64,000 nt of DNA, taken from NCBI GenBank assembly GCA_964016885.1, contig OZ024740.1:342364001-342428000 (forward strand). The letters run 5' to 3'. The notes beneath the pieces are model-generated. The model saw only the letters and a list, made by a program, of their open reading frames with translations, was not told where the DNA came from and did no database searches. This DNA is from Eledone cirrhosa. Taxonomy: Eukaryota. The first letter of the stretch is position 1; the number at the start of each line of letters is the position of its first letter. Both the position numbers and the translations under genes were made by a program. Below, one piece after another: positions 40,627 to 51,405 of this stretch.

Positions 40627-42254
40627 TCATCATCATCATCATCATCATCGTTTAACGTCTGTGTTCCACGCTTGCATGGGTTTGGACGGGAGTTTTCCCA
40701 CTTGAGGCAAGAGTGATTGTCTTGCTCGCATAGGACTGTCTGGCGGGTTTTCTACAGCTGGATGCCCTTCCTAACACCAACCACATTTACAGTGTGGGCT
40801 GGGAGGTTTTTACCGTGTTGCCTACACGGCCACATTACAGCGTGGACTGTGTGTTTTTTTTGTCGTGACACCTACACGATCTCATTTGTTTCGGCCTGGA
40901 TGGTGTGGCACCAACATAACTTTACATTGAAAGGGGCGGTGTGGATGGGGTGGGGGTGGTGGGACGGGGGAGTATTTTGTTAGAGATGCCTACTGACTGT
41001 AGTAGGTTTTACTTTGTATTTAGGTAAGGCGGGTCTTCTCTATTACTGAGTACCGCCAAAGGTCTCGGTCCAGTGACATTGTCTTGGAGAGGTGTAAGTG
41101 TGTGAGGTCGGAATTTATCAGCTCGTCCCAGGTTTTTCTGGGTCTGCCTACTCCGTAGCTACCGTCTATCTTTATTGCCCTGCACTTTGTTATACAGCTG
41201 TCGTCTTTCATGCGCATCACGTGACCATACCAACGTAGCCTTCTCTCGAGTAAACAACATCTGATCCCTCTTATTTCTAATTTTTTCCTTAGTTCGCTTA
41301 TGCTTTGCCATTCACGTATATTACTATTACACATCCAGCGGAGCATGCAAGCTTCGTTCCTCTCCAGTCTGCGTATATCCTCTGCACACAATGCCCAGGT
41401 CTCACTGCCATGCAACATTGCTGTTCGTATGCAGGCATCATACAACCTGCCTTTCATTTTTAGGGAGAACCCTTTAGCGGCTAATAGTGGCATAAGCTCT
41501 CTGAACTTTTTCCATCCAGTTCTGACTCTAGCTACTGTACTTTCAGAGCACCCTCCCCCACTGCTGATTTTGTCACCCAGGTAACGGAAGCTGTCCACTA
41601 TTTCTATAGAACCCTCTGCGCAATTGAAAGAGCTAGTATTTTGTGGGCACTTGCTGCTACTTATTGCACCAGAGCACCGGCCACATGTAAAATCTATGTT
41701 CTTAGTTAGCTTACCTGTGATCCCACTACATCTTTTATGCACCCATACTTTGCATTTGGGACATAAAATGGAGTTTCTACCTATGCCTTTCCTACACACT
41801 GAGCATCGCCATTTCCCGGAAGGGACCGTCGCCTTATTTTCTTTCCCACAAACTAGAACTTTAGTCTTAGCCAGGTTAATTTTAAGGCCTTTTGATTCTA
41901 GGCCGTGCTTCCATGTTTGGAATTTCTTCTCTAGCTCGGCCATTGATTCAGCTATGAGCATTAGATCATCTGTGTATAGGAGTTCCCATGGGCAGCCGGT
42001 CTTGAACTCCACTGTTATAGCCTGAAGGGCAATAATAAATAGTAGGGGGCTAAGAACAGAGCCCTGATGAACACCAACTTTTACACTAAACTCTTCACTA
42101 TGTTCGTTGTTAATTCTAACCTTGCTGACTGTTTCTTTATACATGGCTTGTATAGCTCTCACAAGCCATTCGTCAACACCTAGTTTTCTAAGAGCCCACC
42201 AGATAATGGAACGGGGGACTCTGTCGAAGGCTTTCTCCAAGTCAACAAAAGCTA

Positions 42255-42257
<3 letters not shown>
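40627..42257 (-). mobile_element. RTE family A, 5'-truncated, uninterrupted 406-aa RT ORF
   Basis: ORF 41020-42240 with EKAFDRVP, GVHQGSVLSP, YTDD (YADD variant), PHD-like C4HC3 and FRYLG. 3' UTR and (CAT)n tail at 40627. The 5' end abuts (TA)n. Confidence 0.95.
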
Positions 42258-42295
<38 letters not shown>

Positions 42296-42300
<5 letters not shown>

Positions 42301-42729
42301 TCAAGATAAGCAGAACAAGTAAAATTCAACCAATTTTTCAAAATAAATCAAAATTAATTTACAATTAAAATTAATCAAAATTAAAAAATATAATATAAAT
42401 ATTTACCTATTCAAATGGCCCTTCAAATGGATATTAATGGAAAAACAAAGATCATTAATATCCATGTGATATCTAATGTTTTGCAAAGTGAAACTGTACA
42501 GTAAGGGCCATTTGAATAGGTAAATATTTATATTATATTTTTTAATTTTGATTAATTTTAATTGTAAATTAATTTTGATTTATTTTGAAAAATTGGTTGA
42601 ATTTTACTTGTTCTGCTTATCTTGATATATAGTTCTGGTGTATCAAATTATTACCATAGAACTACCTTGAATCATAGACAACCTATGTATTTCTGGGGGT
42701 ACCTTGTACCCTCAGATATATTAACTTTA

Positions 42730-42733
<4 letters not shown>
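42296..42733 (+). mobile_element. TA-embedded foldback element, hammerhead 3' half
   Basis: Arms 42296-42423 and 42503-42630. GAAA (42490)-CTGTACAG-TA/agggcc. Confidence 0.7.
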
Positions 42734-42786
<53 letters not shown>

Positions 42787-42924
42787 ATTTATATATATTT
42801 ATATATTTTTATATTATTTTTATTTCCCCTCTTCTTCTCCGTCCGTTTTTTTCCTCAGCCTCACTTTCATATTTCTTAAATTTTGTTTTCAAATCCATAT
42901 TTAATAAAAACACCATGCTTTTTA

Positions 42925-42982
42925 TTCATTCTGACGACTGAAAACAGATACATCTGCTTTCAAGAAACCACTGGTAAATGAA
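42925..42982 (+). ncRNA. Near-intact type-I hammerhead ribozyme motif
   Basis: TTCATT-CTGACGA-c-TGAAAaCAGAT-ac-ATCTGcTTTCA-a-GAAA-CCAcTGG-TA/AATGAA. Stem I is 6 bp. (TA)n begins about 35 nt downstream. Confidence 0.75.
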
Positions 42983-43012
42983 ATAATTATCTCATGTTGT
43001 TTATTATATAAC

Positions 43013-43053
<41 letters not shown>

Positions 43054-43525
43054 ACATACCATGATGAAAAGCACCCAGTCCACCCTGTCAGATTGTCATT
43101 TTGGTATCACAATTAAAAGTTCCCAGTTCATACAGTAACGCAATTGGCGTAAGGAAGGGCATTTAGCTGTAGAAACAAAGCCCAAAACAGATCTGTATAG
43201 GCGAAACACAAGCACCTGAACTGACTTGTCTCACAACGTGACAACCTGTCTAACCCATACAACCATGGAAAATAGACATTAAACTGTGATGATAATGATA
43301 TTGATATTGATGATATTGATATCTATACATTCACAGTTCTGTCTGAGCAAGTTTCCATCTACTAAATTTCACTCACAAGGCATTTGTCAACCCAAAGTGC
43401 CATGTAGTGGGAATGAATCTGAAACCACATTGTTTCAAAGTCAACTCCTTAACCACACAGTTATACTTGAGTCTGAACTAAAAGCACATCTGTGTCCCTT
43501 TGCTCTGTTTTATATCCATTATCTT

Positions 43526-43712
43526 GGTGAATTGGCAGTATTGGTAGAGGGTCGGACACCATGATTTGACGCATAGAGTTACGGCCCTTGCCATTCTGAG
43601 TTCAAATCCCGCCGAGGTTAACTTTGCCTTTCATCCTTATGGGGTCGATAAAATAAAGTACCAGTAATGTACTGGGTAATTGCTGGCCTTGTGCCAATAG
43701 TAGAAACAATTA
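43526..43712 (+). mobile_element. tRNA-derived SINE with TSD attatctt
   Basis: Same family. attatctt occurs at 43518 and 43709. Confidence 0.9.
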
Positions 43713-44349
43713 TCTTATTTACACTTGAATTACATCACATAATTTCTCTTACACAACCTGCAACAAATTATAGCCATTTTTGCAATTATTTTAAAATGCT
43801 ACTTTTGACATTTCAATGTCAGTTAACTTGATTACTTCAAAAGGTCAGAAAATTAGATTTAATATTCAATAATTCTGTAATACTTTCACACTTTTTGTTA
43901 TATATTATGTTGCTTGTTAAGTACTCCTTTTTCATATCTCTTCCTTCCTCTATAAAACTGACTTGATAGCTTATTAAAAGAATCAATTGTTTTTATTAGA
44001 ATTTCATTTGTAATTTGTATGAATAATAATTGAACTATAATTTTTCATGAGTTCCTTATTTTGAAATATAAAAAAAATGGCATAATAGTATTGTATATGT
44101 ATATACATACATACATACATCACCATTATCACCGTTTAACATCCATTTTTTCCACGCTAGCATGGATTAGGTGAGTTACCCCGTTGTGAGACAAACCAAG
44201 GCCAATGACCATGTTTTGGCTTGGTTTCTATGGCTGAATGCCCTTCCTAACATCAACCACTTTACAGTGTGTGCTGGGTGCTAGGCTATACACTGTACAT
44301 ATATATATATATATGTATATAAAGAGAGAGAGGGAGAGAAAGAGAAAGA

Positions 44350-44512
44350 GTCTGCAGTGCTGAGACCAGGCAGACCACTAATCATGGGAGTACTCAATGC
44401 ATGGGGAGATGCAGAGTGAGTATAGAGATATCTAAAATCCTGACCGTGGCGCCAAGCGGTTTCCTGTTGTGTCAAGCTGAAACCGCTTGGTGTTGCGTTT
44501 GGGATGTTAGAT
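44350..44512 (-). mobile_element. Microsatellite-embedded foldback element, hammerhead 3' half
   Basis: Arms 44431-44463 and 44479-44511. The minus strand reads GAAA-CCG-cttggcgcca-CGG-TC/aggatt. Homologous to 35376-35513. Confidence 0.62.
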
Positions 44513-44905
44513 TCTCTCTCTCTCGCTCTCTATATATCATCATCAACATCATCATCATCATTGTTTTTACATCAATTTTTCCACACTTGCATGGGTATAT
44601 TTAAATTTCTTAGAAAATTTTAGCAATCTCAAATGCAGAAAACAATAGCATGGAGTTTGATTCTTCATAGTAACTGCTGGCTACTTTTTTCCATCTATAG
44701 AGGTATTCCACCCAATTTTCTAAGCTATTATTTATATCAATCAATTATGATTACAGTTATTTTCTGTGTTTGGGATTTCTATCAAATTTTAATCTATAGT
44801 TTTCTACCAAATTTTAATGCATTTTAATCTGATAGTTTACCTTTTAAATGTTGTATGTATATCTATCTATCTGTCTTTCTCTCTTACTCTCTCTCTCTCT
44901 CTCTC

Positions 44906-44972
<67 letters not shown>

Positions 44973-45002
44973 GTATATATATATATATATACATATGTGT
45001 AT

Positions 45003-45204
45003 ATAGGAAATGGTCAGGACCCTCACGGCTGAGCTCCGGCCATTTCGACAGCTAGATCCAAACGTTCGGATCTAGATGTCGAAACGGCCAGAGCTCAGCC
45101 GTCAGAGTCCTCACTCTTTTCCTATTACCCACTCTACTACCCTAAGTATTGAGTACTCTGGTGCGTTATGGTCCATCTGGTATCTTACCACACCCTCTTT
45201 GTTT
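45003..45204 (+). mobile_element. TA-embedded foldback element, hammerhead 3' half
   Basis: Arms 45003-45062 and 45065-45125. GAAA (45081)-CGGC-cagagctca-GCCG-TC/agagtcc. The hairpin centre lies in what would be stem II. Confidence 0.68.
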
Positions 45205-45219
45205 TATATATATATATTT

Positions 45220-45380
45220 TAGAAAGAGTTAGGGCCTGATGGCTGATCTCTTGCAGTTTCAACAACTAGCTGTTGAAACAGCAAGAGCTCAGCCACCAGG
45301 CCCCGACTATTTCCAATATATTGAGTACTCTGTTGAATAATGGTTTAACTAGTTTAATATTGGTTTAAACCTGATATATA
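45220..45380 (+). mobile_element. Second, more diverged copy of the 45003 foldback family
   Basis: Hairpin centred on ctag at 45266-45269. GAAA-cagc-aagagctca-gcca-cc, followed by tattgagtactc. Confidence 0.58.
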
Positions 45381-47159
45381 CCTATCTCTCTCTCTATATA
45401 TATATATATTGAGAGAGACTGAACGAGAGAGAGAGAGTTACACATATATACTCTGTTTTAGCTAAACCTGAGCTGCTTTTTTGACATCCTCCACATTTTT
45501 TTTACTGTTACTTTTTGTATTCTGCTTCTTTATGTATTTTGATATTTTCCAGTTAGAAAGAAAATTTTGGTCAAAAACTTTCTCACATGTCTGGTTCTTC
45601 TCAGCTAGTGCAGAGCCTTTTCTCTAACTACTTCTTGTCCCAGTCTTGGCCTTGCCATATAAGGGACTTTTTTCCAGCATCATAGCACAGCATTAAATCT
45701 GGTTTTGAATTTTGTTTTATAATATATACGATTTTATTCACAGTTTTATATATAACATTACAAATCATTTACAATTCTTACAGAATGAAAATATAAACAT
45801 AAATAATATATACAATTAATTATTGCTAGGAACCTTAAAAATATAATACACAAAAATATATTTAATCAAAGTTTACGTTACTGCTTCAGTATCTCCCTCA
45901 CAATTCATCACCATCACCGTTTTACGTCCGTTCTTCCACGCTAGCATGGGTTAGACGGGTTGTCCTGTTGTGGGCAGTGTCTGGTCGGCTGACCATGCCT
46001 TGCTCATACAGGAACTGTTTGGATTTGCAAAATTGTATTCTATATTATCCTCTGTTTAATATTTGTTGATTTTTTAAATTCAGAAAGCAGTTTTTATTGC
46101 AGGATTTTAGATATCTCTATACTTATGTGTTGTTATTTTAAGTAGTTTTTTTTTAATTCTTTATTACCTGTTTTATAGTCCTGCAGTATATATTTTATAA
46201 TAGTTTTCTAGTTGTAGAACCCTACTTCTCTGTATTTGTGGTAGATATCATCTTTCTGTTTAAGCTTTTGAAAGGTTTATTCTATATTCAGTTATTGTTT
46301 CCTTTGATAAACTTAAGAAAATTAACAAAGAGAGGACAAGACAATGATTGAAAACAAGGCAAAACGAAAAACAATTTTTTAAAGGGAAACTTTAAAAAAT
46401 TATTTTTTGAAAATAAAAATACAAACGAAGGATAAAGAACTCCATGGTCATCAGTCATTGAGAAGGACTTTTGCAGTTTCGACCCCTACCAATGGTACTG
46501 CTGGTCCACCTGGGGTCACAGCATCTGCCATATGTTAGCCATCTTCTTTTGCTATCTCACTTACTATCTTGATAACTTGTTACTAGAATAACTAGAGTAA
46601 TGATACCCACCACTATACTATTGGCTTTAAGTATTAATCCAAATGCATCTGTAATATTCTTTTTTAACTTTTTATTTTGTTCATTTGTATTTCACTCTAT
46701 TTAGTTCATAAATGAAAAGTTTTTATTAATTTGTTTTATTTAATTCTCTTGTCTCTGTTTCTATATCTAACTTAATGTTCATTTTTTTCTTTTTCTTTTT
46801 TAATGTTCCTGTATTTAAGTAACATTTTAATTTCCATGCAAATTTCTCGATTGAAAGTATGTATCTTATGTAACAGGGCTTCTAGCTGTTTATCATTTGT
46901 AGCCTTCAACTTGAGATCATCTATATACATATGATTAATTGTCATCTCATATTACTTTTAATCAATATATAGTCTGCTTTGGTATGTTCATTACATGTGC
47001 CATCATCAGATATAGAAGGACTGGCTCCACAGGAAATAATTATCTTTAATAGGGATAGGTTTCACTTTTACAACCAACACTTTTGTTTGGATTTGCAAAA
47101 TTGTTTTCCAATTGCTCATGGCATGTTTGATGTTAATTTACACATGGCTAATGCTGACA

Positions 47160-47430
47160 GAGTGGAGGCATGTGGCCTAGTGTTGGACTTACGATCATAA
47201 TGTCATGGGTTCGATTCCTGGGTTGCATGTTGTGTTCTTGAGCAAAACTCTTCATTTCATGTTGCTCCAGTATACTCACCTGAAAATGAGTACCAGCAAT
47301 AGCTGGGGGTTTTACCCTGCAATGGACTGGCATCCTGTCCAGGAAGGAGTCTTGTACTCTCATTCACTTCACACCATGAAACCGGGATAAGCACCGGTCA
47401 AATGAATCTTCTGGCTTAAGACAAACTTTA
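47160..47430 (+). mobile_element. tRNA-SINE copy
   Basis: A-box tggcctagtgttgg and B-box ggttcgattcc, followed by ttcttgagcaaaactcttcatttcatgttgctccag. Confidence 0.72.
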
Positions 47431-47606
47431 AAATGCTGACAGAATCCCCAACAATGTCAAAATATTTATGCTAATCAATCCATGCCATGCTCAGGACATA
47501 TTCTTTCTACAATCTTTAGCTATGTCTTTGTTGATCAATAATAATTGATCAGCATCTATATAAGTCTTTGAAGCATCTTTTCTATACTTCTAGAAGAACA
47601 ACAAGA

Positions 47607-47652
<46 letters not shown>

Positions 47653-48400
47653 TTACGGCAACATCAAACACAAGTGTTTAAGGCCATTTTCCCTGCTAAA
47701 TTAGGAGGTTAGCATTGCAGGCCACATAACAAGCTTCTCCAGCTTTCTCTCTGCATCATCCTTCATTAGCTCTTCCACCCTCTCATGTCATGTTTTTCTT
47801 TGTTTTTCCTCTATCCCCTTCTAATTTCATTCCCTTCATTTTTCCCCACTCAATCACTTTCATCCTTCTTCAACACATGACTTAACCATCTCATTCTTCT
47901 GAAAGGATGTCAGTTGTTGTTTTTCATCAGATGAGAACTTATAGTTGTGATAAGATTGATGTTAAGTTTTTTGAATACTGTTAGAAAAGTTAGGCTTCTG
48001 TAGTTTTTCAAGTTTTATGTTAATTCAATGAAGAGGGCTTTTCTATTGGTGAAACATTCACATGTTTTTTATAACACTTTCAGTAAATTGTTGACTATTT
48101 TTATAAGTACTTTTACAGGCTGTGAGATATTTTAGTGAGGATCTTATGTTTTATCATTTCTATGTTTTCTAGTTGTTGTGAAGACATGGCCTAATGGTTG
48201 GGGTATTGGGTTCACAATCTTAATTTGTGGGTTCAATTCCTAGACCAGATAGTGTACTATGTTCTTGAGGAAGCAAGAAACTTATAAGCTCTTTTATAAG
48301 CTGTAAGCTCTGACCTTTGCCAACCTATATAAGTATGGAAAAACCGACATAAAAATGATGATGACTGTCTCTCATTTAATCTCTTCCTTCTCTTTCTCTT

Positions 48401-48463
<63 letters not shown>

Positions 48464-48479
48464 TTTTATACACATATAT

Positions 48480-48553
<74 letters not shown>

Positions 48554-49356
48554 ATGATGATGATGATATATATATATGTATGTATGTATATATGTGTATA
48601 AAAAAGATGAACACATAGATACAATAAAACAAAATCATATTAATGTCATGCTTGTTAGAAAAGGAAAAGGAATATTTCAACGTATCAGATATTAGTCCTT
48701 CACCGGGAAAGAGCAAAGTTCTGAGAAAGAGGAGGCTGCAAGGTTGGGAAAAAAAGTTTTATGAAGATGGGTGAGGAGGGCAGGCAATGCGGAGAATCTG
48801 AGTCTATCAATATTAGTATTTTGTGGTGTCTGAATTAGTCCTGTAGTGTCTGGTGCTGAATTTGAAATTTAGCATTCTCACCCATGTTTTGTAAAATGTG
48901 TACCATGTTCTGTACAATATATATGGGCCCTTGTAGCATATAATGAACATGTTATTATCAATGTTATATAATAGTGGCAGAAAAAATAGTAAAACACACT
49001 CACTGTTTGATTTGGTTTTCACTTCAGCATATTCTTATATATTTGCTTCAGTAAAGTTTTATATTTCTATAAATAATTTAGCTGGCAATCAATATTTATC
49101 ATTGATTGACCAACAGTTAAAAATATAAATATAAATATAGTTTTTCAAAGTTCTTTCATCATACATATCTGTGACATCGTCAGTGATTTTCATGTCTCCA
49201 TGTTTCCTCCCATTGTGTTCCTATGTTTTTTATTTTATTTATTTATTTTTTAATTTTATTTTTATTATCATTGTTGTAGTGAAATTATTTATTATACCAT
49301 TTTCTTTTCTTTTTGGTTCTTCAGGTTTGCAAGTTACAACTGTTAAAATCACAAGG

Positions 49357-50086
49357 ATGCCTTTAAATAAATTGAACAAGCTTATATTTCTTTCTATTAC
49401 ATTATTTGTGACTGTAGTCAGTATCCAGAGTGTGGACTTGGCAGATCATGACATCATTAAAAAAGGAAGAGATGTCATCAAAAATTTATATCAACGTTTT
49501 TCAGGAGAAGAAGTTGACCTTGTTTTTATACTCGACCGATCAGCTAGTATTCCACCTCGTGGCTGGAGTTCTATGATAACATTTATACGTTCCATTCTTG
49601 AACATTTCTCAGTGACTGGAGAGCACACAAGAGTTGCTGTAATAACATATGGCTCCCATGTCAGTTTGGAAATTAATGATTTAAATGAAAAACACACAAC
49701 AAAATGCTCTCTTATGAAACAAATAAAACAAAGACTAGAGAAAAAGTTAATGGCTGGTTATACTGCCACATATGATGCTTTGAAAAGAGCACAAGAAATT
49801 CTTTTAAATTCAAGACGAAATGCCAAAAAAGCCGTATTTGTTTTAACTGATGGAAAATCAAATGTTGGCCCAAACCCTGTACGGGCTTCATTGGAAATAC
49901 GTTCTCTTCGCTGGAATCCCAAGTGGAATTCTTCAGCATATGGCCCTCAAGTTGAGATCTATGCATTTGGCATCAAAGATGCCAATTTACCTGAGTTGAA
50001 ATACATTGCGTCACGATTGAAAAACCATACGTTCTTCATTCCAGATTTTACAACTTTCTCACTTCTTGCTAGACAGCTTCATAATG
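49357..50086 (+). CDS. SVEP1: SVEP1/polydom-like gene, first coding exon (signal peptide + vWA domain)
   Basis: Acceptor ttcttcag ends at 49324 and ATG is at 49357. Hydrophobic N-terminus MPLNKLNKLIFLSITLFVTVVSIQS. vWA motifs VDLVFILDRSAS (MIDAS DxSxS), TRVAVITY, GYTATYDAL, VFVLTDGKSN, IYAFGI. Phase-1 donor gtgagt at 50087. Confidence 0.9.
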
Positions 50087-50838
50087 GTGAGTACATTTAT
50101 GTCTGTGTCAATATTTATGTTTATGAGGGGGAAGGATGGGTGGACTTTCTAAGTGTGTTTATGTATGTATGTGTGCATGTGTGTATGCATGATTATGTAA
50201 TTATATATTTGCGTGTACACTCTGTAAAGTGGTTGGTGCTTGGTAAGTCATCCAACAGTGGAGACCATGCCAAAAACTGGAACTACGAGGGAAATTTGGT
50301 CATCCAACCCATTTAAGAAGGAGATAATTCTGCATAAGAACTGACTTGAATCATCATAATCTGTCCAACATATGCCAGCATAGAAAGTTGACGAAAGATG
50401 ACAATGATGATGATGACGATGAGGAGGAGGATGATAATGGTGGTGGTGATTATGATGATGATAATGAGGAGGAGGAGGAAGGGGAGGAGGATATTGATGA
50501 TATGGCAATAGTATGCAACATACACAGGTGTATGTATGTGTGTTTATGTGTGGTAACCACTTCCCTATGACTAACTTTTCTCATCTTGATATCAGCAATG
50601 ATACATCTCTGTTGTTCTGACTAAATGCTCACCCCCCTCTCCAACTACTCATCGAGATCAACTTTTGAGGTTGATAAATAAATGACTGCTCCAGAATTGT
50701 GGATTGTCTGAATTGCTAGGGCATTAAATGAAATGTCTTGTGTTATTTGTTCTGACTCTTTGCATTCTGAATTTAAATCTCATTGTGATTTAGTTGAGTG
50801 GTAGACTTAATCTGCCACCTGGTTAACACCACTCTGGT

Positions 50839-51405
50839 TTAACACCACTTCCTTGGTACCTCTCTGTCACAAAGATCAATGGAGAGTTCACCGTACATGT
50901 TCTTGAGCAGGCAATGATCCTTCATCCTGGAAACGTGCCCTGTCCAGCATAGTTTGGACTTCAACAGTATGACTTCGATGCTGGTGACTTCTGCCCGTTC
51001 AAGGACTTCAACATTGGTGACAAAGTCACTCCAGTGAATGTTGAGGATGGTGCAGAGGCCGCTCTGGTGGAAGTGCTTGAGAAGTTGATGATAAGTGACC
51101 CAAAACTCTGAGCCATATGGGAGGGTGGTATGAACTGTGGCTCTGTACACACTGATCTTGGTATCCTTCTTCAGGCGCTTGTTGTTCCACATGTGTTTGT
51201 ACAGTTTGGGTTAGAAGTCAGCTTAAAGATGGAGGTACTCTACCAGCTGACACCCCAGGAAGAGTACCACCATTCCCATATCACCATTAGAGTAACTGAA
51301 TTGAAAACAGTTCATCGGTTCACCTACCTGGAGTGTACCGTCATGTCAGATGCCAAGATTGACAGGAAAATCGACAACAGACTGGTAAGGGTGAACAGTG
51401 CAGTC
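50839..51405. mobile_element. RTE/BovB-type LINE fragment with 5' inversion
   Basis: The + piece (about 51215-51402) encodes FTYLECTVMSDAKIDRKIDNRL..NSA. The - piece (about 50839-51205) encodes the directly following KLYKHMWNNKRLKKDTKISVY..YGSE.W..GHVSRM. Confidence 0.8.

Noticed and set aside
48020-48710. Very degenerate hammerhead-like strings (48029 atgaagagggc..gaaac; 48675-48708 on the minus strand), and one near 57215-57250
   Set aside because: The core or stems are too damaged to distinguish from chance.
49171-50316. 381-aa single-exon ORF as listed in the track
   Set aside because: The portions before 49325 and after 50086 are intronic read-through. The real exon is bounded by AG/GT.
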